A stretch of DNA of 64,000 bases from Camelus ferus. Lineage: Eukaryota. Below, one piece after another: positions 24,855-36,832 of the stretch (the stretch's first letter is position 1; every line of letters begins with the position of its first letter). Position numbers and translations under genes: made by a program. The stretch lies in contig NC_045696.1 in NCBI RefSeq assembly GCF_009834535.1, positions 113,648,001-113,712,000 of the forward strand. The letters run 5' to 3'. The notes below the pieces were generated by a model. That model worked only from the letters and a program-made list of their open reading frames with translations, searched no databases and had not been told where the DNA came from.

Positions 24855-25068
24855 CTCTCAGGCCCGGAGACTGTGACCCGCGCGCGCTCTGTCTTCTCAA
24901 CGGGAGGTTTTCACACACCTCCTTGTTCCTCGGGTCAGAATCCAAATCGATGGAGAAGCCAGTGAAGCCAGTTCTCTAGTGAGGTCCCGGTCAGCACACT
25001 TGGAGCTCGGAGCCCCTTCGCTTTGGAAACTCTCTGCGAGCTAAGTCCCATCTGGACGGTGAGCTCTC

Positions 25069-25078
25069 TTTATATATA
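25069..25078 (-). promoter_or_regulatory. TATA box of the RNF11-like gene
   Basis: Minus strand TATATATAAAGAG ~215 bp upstream of the ATG; no ATG between the expected TSS (~25045) and the start codon. Confidence 0.65.
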
Positions 25079-25083
25079 GTGGA

Positions 25084-25206
25084 TAAACCCATCATCAATA
25101 TAACCTCATCAGATAAAGAACTTCTTTGACCACAGAATCTCATCAACCATGTAATCCAGAGGACCCACCTGAATACCTTGGATACCGGTCAAAAGAAATC
25201 TAATCA
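25084..25206 (+). promoter_or_regulatory. Cluster of four DUX-like double-homeodomain motifs plus one TAATCC site
   Basis: TAAACCCATCA 25084-25094, TAACCTCATCA 25101-25111, GAATCTCATCA 25135-25145, AAATCTAATCA 25196-25206 (DUX4 consensus TAAYYYAATCA, 1-2 mismatches each); TAATCC 25152-25157. Confidence 0.55.
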
Positions 25207-25214
25207 ATCCCATC

Positions 25215-26656
25215 TTTTTTTTTTAAAAAATTTAAATACAGTCAGTTTACAATGTTGTGTCAATTTCTGGTGTACAGCGTAATGTTTCAGTCATACATGT
25301 ACATTTGTGTATTTCTTTTCAGATTCTTTTTCATTACAGGTTACTACAAGATATTGAATATAGTTCCCTGTGTCTTACAGAAAAACTTGTTGTTTATCTA
25401 TTTTATATATAGTAGTTAGTATCTGCAAATCTCAGACTCCCTGTTTATCCCTCCCCACCCCTTTCCCCCTCTGGTAACCATAAGTTTGTTTTCTATGTCT
25501 GTGAGTCTGTTTCTGTTCTGTAAATAAGTTCATTGGTTTTGTTGTTGTTGTTGTTATTGTTGTTTTTAGATTTTGCATATAAGTGATATCATATGGTATT
25601 TTTCTTTCTCTTTCTGGCTTACTTCACTTAGTATGGCAACCTCCAGGTCCATCCATGTTGCTGCAAATGGCATTATTTTATTCGTTTTTTTAATTGCTGA
25701 ATAGTATTCCATTGTATAAATAGACCACAGCTTCTCTATCCAGTCATCTGTCTGTGGACTTTGAGATTGTTTCCATGTCTTGGCTATTGTAAGTAGTGCT
25801 GCTGTGAACACTGGGATGCATATATCTTTTTGAATTTTGAGTTTTCCCAGAATATATACCTAGGAGTGGGATTGCTGGATAGTATGATGAGTCTATTTTT
25901 AGTTTTTTAAGGAATCTCCACTCTGTTTTCCATAATGGCTGGACCAAATTACATTCCCACCAACAGTGTAGAAGGATTTCCTCGACACCCTCTCCAGCAT
26001 TTATTGTTTATGGACTTTTGGGTTTTTTTGAAGTACAGTCAGTTACAATGTATCAATTTCTGGTGTATAGCACAATGTCCCAGTCATGCATTAGGCTTTT
26101 TAATGATGGCCTTTCTAACCATGTGAGGTGATTTCTCATTGGAGTTTTGATTTGCATTTCTATGATAATTGGCAATATTGAGCATTTTTTTCATGTGCCT
26201 ATTGGCCATTTGTATGTCTTCACTGGAGAATTATTTGTTTAGATCTGCCCATTTTTGGATTGGGTTGTTTGTTTTTTTTTTGTTATTAAGTTGTATGAGC
26301 TGTTTATATATTCTGGAAATTAAACCCTTGTCAGCTGCATCATTTGCAAATATATTTTCCCATTCCATAGGTTGTCTTTTTATAGTTTCCTTTGCTGTGC
26401 AAAAGCTTATAAGATTAATTAGGTCCCATCTGATTATTTTTGCTTTCATTTCTATTGCCTGGTAGACTGCCCTAGGAGAACACTGCTAAGATTTTTGTCA
26501 GAAAGTGTTTTGCCTATGTTTTCTTCTAGAAGGTTTATAGTGTTTTGTCTTATGTTTAAGTCTTTAAGCCATTTTGAGTTTATTTTTTTGTATGGTGAAG
26601 GAGTGTTCTAACTTCATTGATTCACATGTGACTGCCCAGTTTTCCCAACACACTTG
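25215..26656 (-). mobile_element. 5'-truncated L1 (ORF2 C-terminus, 3' UTR, A tail)
   Basis: Minus-strand remnants [35 protein letters not shown] and TIAKTWKQ; T-run at 25215-25224. Confidence 0.93.
26020..26091 (-). mobile_element. Very short L1 3' end nested in the L1 above
   Basis: tttttttgaagtacagtcagttacaatg..tcaatttctggtgta flanked by the imperfect repeat tggactttt / taggctttt. Confidence 0.65.
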
Positions 26657-26752
26657 TTCTTCCCTTTTTAAAACGTTACTACTAGAAAAGTTATAACTAC
26701 ACATGTGACTCTCATTTTTCTAGCTCATGTTTTGTTTCATTGGACAGCACTG
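26657..26752 (-). mobile_element. MER33, second part (continues 23630-23986)
   Basis: ctttttaaaacgttactactagaaaagttataactacacatgtgactc...attggacagcactg; the terminal TTGGACAGCAC is the inverted partner of GTGCTATCCAA at 23632. Confidence 0.8.
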
Positions 26753-28237
26753 CCTTGCATTCATTCAAGTCTCATCTCTTCTAGGGCAGAGCAATCAGGA
26801 ACCTGGCTCTGGACCCTGTTCAGACTGAGATCCTAGACCTGCCAGCATCTGGCTGTGAGACTAAGTACTTTCCGTATGTTATCTCATTTAATCCTCAGAC
26901 AACTCTGTGGTTCAGGTGTCAGGACTATCTGGTTTACAGCTAGGAAACTGGGACTCAGAGAAGTAAACTGAGGCGGGACCTGCAGCCAGGGAGTGTGGGA
27001 CCAGGGCTCGAACACAGGGCTTCACATTTGACTTGCTACCTGCTCCTCTACCCCCAAGGTCTCACCTGGTGGCTGGTGAGTCAGACCCACCCAGCAAAGA
27101 AGTCTTGGGCAGTAGAATTGTCCTTTGGTCACTTCCAGCAGGCTCTCACGCTCTGATTCACTCTCCTCCCTGCTTTCTTGGACCGTGTTGCTTCGCACAT
27201 GTGTACTTGGCCTGGAGATGCATTTGATTTTGCCTCCATCTACTCCTACGTAATGCAAGAGTTTAAACTTTTTTTTTTTAAAGTTTGTTCAGCTCTTTCA
27301 AGACTTTCAAGCACTCCATGCTTCCACTTGAATTTATCATTTGTGATGACAGTCATCACTGTAGTTACAGTCGTGCCTTCTGAGGTGCTGACACGTTCAC
27401 TAATTTGGAAGGATTTTCATCTGCGTTTTCAGGTGTGTTTCCTGTTCTTATTTTTACCTAGTTAATCTGTCATACAACAATCTACACATCTGGTAGATAT
27501 TTTGAAGGGACTATTTAGCCTCCCAGTATTTGGATTAGGTAACTAGTATCCCACACAACTGGAGATTTCGCACACAAAAATATATAAGCTTGGACAAGAA
27601 TCTTCCATAGATGGCTTGATATTAAGAAACTGGTGTGAAACGACCCTTTAAGCACATAGAATTATCTTTTCAAGCCCACCTAGGCTGAACTAAACTTAGA
27701 TTCTTCAAACTCACCTTCAGCAACCATCTTAAAGGAGAACAAAAAATTTTGGTTTAATGTTGTTTAATAACAATGATATCAATTTCAAGAATCCCCTGGT
27801 TCCATAAGACAGATGATGAGCTGTGTGTTATGTGACATGTAGTTCCATACTGGCTGTCTATGGGTCTGATATAGGTTAAATGATCAATTACTGGCTTAAA
27901 TCATATGTAATGGGTTTTCTGAAAAGCCTCAAGTTTGAAAACCCCTCCCAGAATGAGAACTGTCTTTGAAAGCCATGACAGTCCTGTCGGAAAACAAAAT
28001 GTTCAGACATCTAAACAGAGGTGAAGGGTGCCCTACAAACACCAGGAAAGGTCACTGGATGAACCCAATCCAGAGACGTTAGTTACACGTCACAACTGCT
28101 GTGAAGTTCCCAGCCAAGTAAGGGAGGTCTCCACGTCTTTCACAAAGCCAATCACGTGTTCCTCAGGGCTCTGAATACAAGTTGCTTCCAAAATTCCAGC
28201 CGTGTACTTTTCCTTGCCAATTACATTAAAAAAAAAA

Positions 28238-28273
<36 letters not shown>

Positions 28274-29514
28274 CCCAAAGACTAATCAGCTTCTTCCCTC
28301 AACAAAATGCATTTAATATCTCATTAGCTTTGGAAAGTTTCACAGCAAGTTGGCATAAATGGCCACTCTAGAAAGAGCATTATTGTCTTTCTGTCTAAAC
28401 AGCTTCTGGCAGCCTTGGTGCTTTTTTCCCTTTTGGACAGTGCACTCTGCGTAGTGGATTTATAAAAACAGGGCACGTAGCTTAATTAGTTCACCTGTTT
28501 CTCTCCATCTCGTGGCTGAGATACACAAACAGGCTGTCGGATGGCTGCGTTTCCTCCCACTGCTCTGTCTTCAGCGTCCACAAATGTCAGGTGAATACTA
28601 ATCACTCAGTAAACGCTCTTTCTTGCACACACAGCCACCCCAAAGTATAACCAGCGTGCGGAGATCTCACATGCAGAGCTCCCTTCAAACCTAGGTGTCT
28701 CTGCCAGTGGAGGCACACCACTGCACTTTAAGAGAATGCAAGAAAAGTCAGGCTCTTCTCCAGAGGGTAGCAAAATGGGAATTAAATCCCAAGTTAGTGC
28801 TGAAAAGCCAGAATTAAATGAGTGAAAGCCTGCTGTGGTTGCAGCAGACGCGGCTTTTATTCTCAACCTGGTCTCCAGAGAGAATCGTCGCAGATGTGGG
28901 GACCACTGGCAGATACCCGACAGGTCAACCATCCCACATCGCCAAGTAGGATGGTGTCTACACCATCTTCATTCAACTCACAAGTATTTATCATGGTTTA
29001 AAACATCCAGGTCATCATGCTTGTTGTTCTAAAATTCTTTAGAGTAAGACATACTGATGCTTTTAATCACACGTTGCAGCAAATCCTGACTTCTAGGAAG
29101 AAGAGGCGGCTGAAGGAGGCAGCTTCCACGGACGGCAGATAAAAGGAACTTCTGCTGGAAACATACTGCTATGGTTGTAAAACTGGTTGATGACACCGTC
29201 TTTTATGACATCCAATGCCTATTAGTTCAAGTTCACGAGATTCATTTCTACTTAAATTTGGAGCCAGAAAAAACTTCGTCCCTCCAAGTAATCTTGTGTG
29301 CATTCGTTTCAGGTATAAAAGAATCTGTTTGCAATGTAAAGCTGAATTTAGTAAAATACAGTCATAAACCAGTCCAGTTATCTGGTCATACCCATTTTCT
29401 ATTCATTTCACTCAATTTCTTTTCTGATTCTTTTAAAATCCTATTTCCATGTAGTTTAATATCACAAGCCATCTCATTTTGGAAGCACAGAGGGCCATAT
29501 TAAAAAAATTACTC

Positions 29515-31050
29515 CAATTAAAACAATGAATTACTGCTACACACCTACAAGAATGAATAAGATCCAAAAAATCTGACTATATCAATTGCTGGGAAAGATA
29601 TGGAAAAACAGGAAGACTCGTTCATTTCTTGTGGGAACGCAAAATGGTCCAGTCACTTTGGAAGACAGTGGAAGACACTTTGGAAGAAATTTATGAAGCC
29701 AGGCACAGGCTGACCATATGATCAGCAATCATGCTTCTAGGTATTTATCCAGCTGATTTAAAAACTTTTGTCCACAGAACAACTTATGTGTGAATGTTTA
29801 TAGACATTTGATTCATAATTTCCAAGAAGTGGAAACAACCAAGATGTCTTTCAAGAGGTGAATGGATCCACAAACCTTGGTACACCCATGCAATGGAATC
29901 TAATTCAGTGATAAAAAGAAATGAGCTATCAAGTCACAAAAGAGCATGGGTGAATCTTAAATACATATTGCTAAGTGGGAAAAGCCAGTCTAAAAAGGAT
30001 ACATAATGGCTCCAATTATATGAAATTCTGGAAAAGGCAAAAATAGAGACGGTGAAAAGACCAGTGGTTGCCAGGGGTCAGGGGAGGGGAGGACGGTTAA
30101 GTAGGCAGAGCACAGGGGATTTTTAGGGAAGCGAAACCATGCTGTATAATATTGTAGTGGTGAATACATGACACGTGCATTTGTCATGACATAAGAACTT
30201 TACAGCGCAAATAGTGAACCTTAATGTGTGCTGAAAACTCAAAAAAAAAAAAAAATCATTTAGGAGGTTAGGAAAAAATCCCAGAATGGAATTCAGCATG
30301 TGACAAACAAACTCTATTACAAATATCTGAAAAGTTTCACTGAAGGGGTGGGGGAAGTGCTGACATAAGTAAAAGTGGAAATGAATGAAATCTGTAAAAC
30401 TGAAAGCAAAGAAACTGCATGTAAGCAGTCCTGGAGGTAATACAATTTTTCTGTGGGGTTATGGGTTACCATTCTGACATTGCCGTACACGTGCACTGGA
30501 ATTGAACAATTAAATAAGTGGTTGGTGGATGGAGGGGGCCAACATGAGAGTGGGAATTCAAGATAACTCAGGAGGTAATGGGTTAGACTTGGAAACATCA
30601 GTGTGAACTCATGTTTAGCTTAGTATAGACACAGATAGTTACATATGGAATTATTTATAAGTATGAATATATACACAGGTTAATATACATACATTACCTT
30701 GCTCTGTCAGCTGGGAGGTCTAGAAGCAAAGACACCCCAATTGTAACAAGCACACCTAGTGCCCAAATCTTGGCTTCTAATGCCATTCTAAAAGGAACCA
30801 GAGCCCCCTGGAGAAATGGCTGATTCTAGGACCGGGGCAGGAAATACACAAGATGAGCTTGGAGCAGCTTGAATGCCAGAAAGTAAGGAAGCGTCAAAAC
30901 AAAAGAACAACCCCACAATGATACAGGTATGTCAAAGAGACACAGGAGACAACTGGAAGAGCTCCCAGTAGCCAAATCTGGAACAATTTCAGCAACAAAA
31001 TAAACTAGTATTGGATTATAACTCAAGCTAGGAAATAAATACCCATGAGT
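29515..31050 (+). mobile_element. Old L1M (L1MD-like) ORF2 end and 3' UTR
   Basis: cactttggaagacag, ggaaacaaccaagatgtc, gaaatggctgattctagg and ggggcaggaaatacacaagatgagc motifs. Confidence 0.75.
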
Positions 31051-32442
31051 CTGTGAGTCTGTTTCGGTTTTGTAAATAAGTTTTGTCTTTTTTTTTTTTT
31101 TTAAAATGAGGACTTCTCATCCACCTTCAAGGCAGGTAGGCCGCTCAGCTGGTAATTCTTGGAATTGAGCCTGAGTGGAGGAAATCCCTTGGAGAAAAGA
31201 GCAGGGGTTAATTCCAATGAATCAGGTTCATCCCCACCAGGCGGCTCTCCCATCTCCGTTCCTAGAGGAAACAGCCTTCCTTGGCCTTTCTTCCCGAGGT
31301 GAGACTCTGCAGAGGGTCAGGAGGCCCCAGGAAGGCGCAGTGGAGCAGCCGTCAAATGCCTGGCCAGGGAGGGGCCCATCTGGGAGGGGGGCCCCTGTGG
31401 AGGAAGCAGCCTCGTGGTCAGGCCTTTGATTTCTTTTGAAAAGCCAGACATTCCAAATGTCACGTGCAATTGCCCGGCTTTGAAATGTAGGCCATGCCGT
31501 CAACCTCTTTTTAAAACCTCAGGCTGGCTAAACAAAGCACACCTGATGATCCTCTCAGCCTGGAAGCCCTCAGGCCATGACCTCTGAGAAACAGGAACTC
31601 TCCTGAGAGCACTCGGAGTTTACAATGGTTTGTTTAAAGCCTGGGAAGGTGGAATGAGGGTGGAGTGGGGGTTGATGTAAAGCCGAGCTGTCCACTCTGC
31701 TGACCCCTCCCCACTGGGACAGGCGGCTATTTCAATGAAAATTAAATTAAATGAAAATTAGACTCTGGCAGTTACACTAGGCAAGTTTTAAGTGCTCATC
31801 AGCCTTTTCCATCATTGCGGAAAGTTCCATGGGACTGCGCTGCTAAGTAGAAAGGATATACTGGGACCGCTGGCAAAGTTTGAGTGCAAAGTGTACATTA
31901 GATTTTGATCATTGGAACCTAGTTGGGCCAAAAACCATCCTGTTCTCAGGATATAGGTGTGATAATATTTAGGGGTAGAGGGGACATGTCTGCAACTTAT
32001 TCGCAAATAATTCAGAAAATAATACGTTACATACATGAAACGAATGATAACGCAGATGCGGCAAACTGCTAACAAGTGGTGAATCTGGGTACTACGCTTG
32101 CAAATTTTCCGTAAATTTGAACTTCTTTCAAAAGTAAGAGTTTAAAAAAGAAAAAGAATTAAGAAAACAGTTTTTAAAAATTCAGGGAAGCCGAGGTTGT
32201 GAAGATGACTTTAGGAAACATGAGGAAGGAGTGAGTGGTGGTCCTCAACGGCAGCAGTGGCGCCCCCTCCTGGCGTGTGCGTGTCAGTAGGTTTAACTGC
32301 ACACAGGACGCGCCACCACCCCGCTTCCCTGGAAGAGGGGGCCCTTCAGAGCTTCTCACTCCCCTGTGGTACCTTGTTACACACTCACGGGGCCAAGTGC
32401 TCCCAGTGCTGGCGAACGCCATTCTGCGTTTGCAGGTTTGCA

Positions 32443-32595
32443 TTTAAAATTTTTTTTACTTATTTTAGGAAAGTTTTTCAGGGCGAGGTAATTAGTTGTA
32501 TTTATTTACTTGTGCTTAGAGTCAATACTAGGGACTGAACCCAGAACCTCATACATGCTAAGCACAGGCTCTACCACTTGAGCTATACCTTCCCC
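32443..32595 (-). mobile_element. tRNA-derived SINE (vic-1-like)
   Basis: gggactgaacccag...ctctaccacttgagctatacc; imperfect TSD aggtttgcatt / aggtttccatt. Confidence 0.85.
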
Positions 32596-33941
32596 TTGAT
32601 AGGTTTCCATTCTGCGGTGTCTTTTGCTTAATGTCAGGTATGCCCAGATCAGAGACCCCTCCTCTGAGCCCCACTGCTCAGAGTTCCACCTGGAAGAGAG
32701 CTGTCAGAACAGCTTCTGTCCCCAGCTGCAGCCCAGATGGTTTTCATATATGTATTAAAATTGGGCAGTGCCCCCGGGCAGGGTTCTTGGTACCAGGATG
32801 TTGCCACCCACCCATTGAAAATTGATTTGTGTTTACCTCTTTCTGTACAATTTTACTTACGTACACATGTGGCGACATACAGGGATTCAAATCAGTGCAA
32901 CTGTTTTCCTTCCCCACTTTTGCTTGTCCCCCACTCCCCGAACCACTTTTTTCTCGTCTTTTGGCTGCTACATAGGGGAGCAGAAGTTCTTGCCACCTTC
33001 ATCTCTCCTGGGGCAACAGAGCCCCCACGTCAGCCCGGCATTGGGAGTGGAGGGGAAAGGACCCATGGCCCCAGGGTCCCCTTTTCCCACAAGAGCATTT
33101 TCTCGTTATTGACCTTTGGTAAGTGGCAGCACACTGGGTGTTGTAGAGGTCATAGGTCCTGCATGATGTTTTAATTAAACTCAGTAAACATTTTGGAGAG
33201 CCTGCTTTGGGGTCCAGGCCCTCTGCTGGGTGCTGCTGGTACAAGCCTCATCAGGAAGACCTTGACCTTGATGAGCTCCCAAGGGCAAACCCCCAAATGT
33301 GCTAAATGCTGTTTTTCTCAGCAGGGCCAGGGTGTACCAGGCATCTCACTTCACTGCTCCCTGCTCTCTCTCCTAATTCAATTTCTGACTTCATCATCGA
33401 GCATCTTTTGATGTGCATTCCTCCTTAAACTTCTGTCTCACACTGAAACAGCCCCTATTATATTCTCAAGCTCCTAAACCTGCTCTCTCCCCCAACAGTT
33501 TCAAGTTCGACCAAGTTGTGTCCAAAACAAAGCATCCGAGACAGGAGTGTGTCTGCTCCCCAAAGCTCCTCTTTGTGTAGACAGAAGTGGTTTATTGCTC
33601 CAGCTCTCTCTTTCTTGAAACATCCACACTTGTCTTGTCAAAGCCATTCCCATCCTTTTCAGAGTTTCCCATTACCCGTATCCCCACACCTCCCTCAGGC
33701 TTTGAAGTTATGGATAATTCAACACTTCTTCCCTGTGTGTAGAAGAAGCACCTTTTGTGGACATTGGATAAAACACTCAAGACTGGGTAAGTGCATTTTC
33801 TATACCAGCTCAGCCAGCAACAGGTTAATTATACAAGGAAGGGACTGTGATTACTCAAATACATCCCATTATATCCAAAATAACTGTATTCTAAAATTAA
33901 TGTCCCCTTAGTAGGATTTCCTAAAACGACTTTGAACCCTC

Positions 33942-34431
33942 CATTACCAAGTCCAAGCTTATGTAGCTCACTGCACAAGAAGCCAATAAATTGAGTTGTT
34001 GTGGCAAGGAATAGTGACTATTCAGAGAGGCAGCAGACCTGGAAGATGGTGGACTAGTGTCCCAAAGAACCATCTTCTTCAAGTCAGAATTCAGCCCTCT
34101 TTTATACTAAAAAGAGGAGGGGATGTGGCTGGTTGTTGCAAACTTCTTGCTGCTGTAATTCTTTGTTCTTGCGTCTGTCCAGGTAGGTCTGGTCACAATG
34201 TTCCTATAAACCTCCAACAAGACAAATGTTATTCTCTATTCTGCAACTTTTTATCTCTGTATGAATGGAAAGTGTCATACCGTTAAAGGTCAGAGCCTTG
34301 AGAATGGGCTCTCCCTATATATTTCAGGCTATAGGCCACATTCTTAACTTATAGCAAAAACAATAGAATACAAAGGTTAAATTAAAAGAAACAGATCCAA
34401 TATGGAGTCAGATTTGTTCTTCCCAGTTACA
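33942..34431 (-). mobile_element. ERV1-type solo LTR, copy 2, with 4-bp TSD
   Basis: Colinear with 14604-15112; CCTC at 33938-33941 and 34432-34435. Confidence 0.8.
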
Positions 34432-34480
34432 CCTCCAACACTCATTGCTTGACAGGTGAGGAAGTCAGGAAGGAAAGAGA

Positions 34481-34696
34481 CAGACATCTTAACTGATTTC
34501 AGTAAAAAAAAAAAAACAAAACAAAAAACAAAACTTACTTTTGTAGAATTAAAAAAAAAAATCCTGTGAATATTCACTGTGCCCCTTCCACGGCAGGCAT
34601 CTTAACTGATTTTAGTAAAAAGAAAATCTTACTTTTGTAGAATTAAAAAAAAAAAAATACAATCCTGTGAATATTCACTGTGCCCCTCCCAGGGCA
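34481..34696. repeat. Tandem direct duplication (~110 bp x2)
   Basis: catcttaactgattt..agtaaaaa..cttacttttgtagaattaaaa..atcctgtgaatattcactgtgcccct occurs twice; unit 2 starts at 34594. Confidence 0.92.
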
Positions 34697-34947
34697 TTCC
34701 AGGGCAGATGAGGTCTCTTCAGAAGCCCAGTTTCTGGTAAATCCATCTCTGCTCACACACACATACAAAAATTCTTTGAATGAATCACTCATAAAATCAC
34801 TGAGCATTTACCCCGAGAGCCTTTGATTTCAGCAGGCTCTCTCTGGGGAGGACATTCTTGGGTTCCTTCTCCAAGACTTATGAATGAACCCTCTGTTACT
34901 TGCAGCTAAGTGGACACCAAAACTCTTTTATGTCCACTGGCTCACAC

Positions 34948-35061
34948 TAGGCTGACCAACCGTCCAGCTTTGCCCAGCACATCCCAATTTTAGCTCTGAA
35001 AGTCCCACATCCCAGGAAACCCCCTGAGTCCCAGGAAAACCCAGATGGTGAGTGACCCTGG
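34948..35061. mobile_element. MER96-like hAT MITE
   Basis: taggctgaccaaccgtcc ... gtgaccctg termini with internal tcccaggaaa repeats. Confidence 0.55.
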
Positions 35062-36499
35062 TGTGGATTCTCAGAGGAAGTGGCAGGATGGGTGGACTTC
35101 CCAACCGCACAGACTCTGGGGCTGTGTCCCTTCCTGGCTTTCCGAAACCACCTTGAACATCTTGACCCTGTCAACAGTGGGCTCGGGCTCTGACTGACTT
35201 AGGAAGAAAAGGAGCTTTTTGAAAGGCTAGTCCCTCTCTCCTCTTCTCTGTCTCACATCTCCAGATTCAAAGTCTTGGCTGGGAACACCCTCTTTGCCAA
35301 ACCGTGTGGCGTGTCAACTAACACACGGTTGGGCAGGAAGGCAGCTGGAATCTGCCCTTTTGTGGCTGTGATGGAACGTGGACAGATATGGGGGTAACTA
35401 CCCCCAAATTCAGTAATGGAGTTCAGGTGGTTGCCACCCAGAGCAACTGCAAAGTCAAAGATGAAGATATTTGTCGTATGTAAATCAAGCATAAATGATG
35501 GTGGGGCAGAGGGTGGAAGCAAATTCTGTGTGTCTAGGTTACCCGCCCAGCTCTCTGGAAAGTCAGCACCTGCTTTATAGCATCAGGAGGGCCAGAAGGA
35601 GGGATGTGGGGTGTGGTTTGTGTGTTCAGGATCTGCCTGAATGAGAGGGGGCAGCCGGCATGTAGGGCTGGTAGCAGACAGGATCAGGAACAGGATGACA
35701 CGTTCTGATCCTAAAGCACCCAAAGGCCTGAAGGCAGGGGCACTGATATCCAGGGGAATATAAGGGAAAATACGAGATATTTAGCTTTAATGTGGGGTTC
35801 TGCCAAATTGCTTGGACACATTAGCTAAGGATTTTGGCTCTGGTGCATAGTGGTAGTGTAACAGGGGAGATGAGAGGGGAACTTAAGCGTTTCTTTCCAA
35901 AAAAAGGAAGTGTTGAGTATTTTTGCTACTTTGGGTTTGTCAGTTTCTCCCTGGCCCCACCCCAGGAGCCTCAGCTGAAGTCAGAACTTCAGTATTTTTC
36001 AAAACCCATCTGTCTCTTACTTATTCAATCTATTTTCATGTCCAAACATCCTTTGTTTGCAAAGCCCTCAGTGCCTGACCGCCTGGTATATTTCTATCTT
36101 TAGCTATTTAGTTGCACAGATAAGTCATGGGATGTTTCCAGGAAGCTGCTCTTCACGTCAAAACCTCGGGCTTTCCAGATCAGCATAAGCCTGAATTCCA
36201 CTCTTATTCGCAGCTCATAACCTGCTTCTGGGTCCCTTTCCAGCTTCTACCCTTCACAGGGAACCGCTTTCCCCAAACACATGCCCGTTTTAAGCGATGG
36301 GGTTGGGGGATCTCTCTGTAGGACCAAGACATGGTTGTTTTCCTGTTGAAATGCACCCCTGTCCTTCTCATCCTTTGAAATCCCACCTGTCCTCATGTTC
36401 CAGCTTTACTGTTTCCTCTGCCTGAGACCTGTCCTCCCAGCTGGAAGTAAACTCCCCAGCCTCTGAAGCCTCAGAGAACATCACATAACCCCACACTAA

Positions 36500-36832
36500 G
36501 CAGGGTCTCCCGGCCTCTTGAAATCTCAAGCTTGCGACTTTCTAGACCAGCAGACTAGACATCACATAGAAATGCAGAGCCCCACCCCAGATGAGCAGAA
36601 TCAAGACCTGCATTTTAACAAGATTCCCGGATTCTTCGCACAGGTGTTAAATTTTGAGAAGTACTTCGTAAGATCACCAGTCCTCAACTTTCGCTGCATT
36701 GGAATCCCTCAGGGAGATTTAAAACAGCCTGAAGCCTGGATCCCACCTCTAGAACGTCTGAGTTAGTGCATTTGGGAATTCGAACAACGTTCCAAGTGGC
36801 CCTAATGTACAGCAAAGTTTGAGAACCACTGG
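36500..36832. mobile_element. MER5-type MITE pair
   Basis: ctgcattttaacaagattccc and aagtttgagaaccactgg. Confidence 0.6.

Noticed and set aside
24340..24945. 201-aa overlapping minus-strand ORF, and plus-strand ORFs at 24449 and 24666
   Set aside because: The long ORF begins at TTG and none has a recognisable domain; they are by-products of GC-rich sequence over the RNF11-like frame.
14794..34286. Similar peptides (..NLQQDK.YSLFCNFL.LYEW..) at 14794 and 33996 as paralogous genes
   Set aside because: Antisense translations of two copies of the same LTR.
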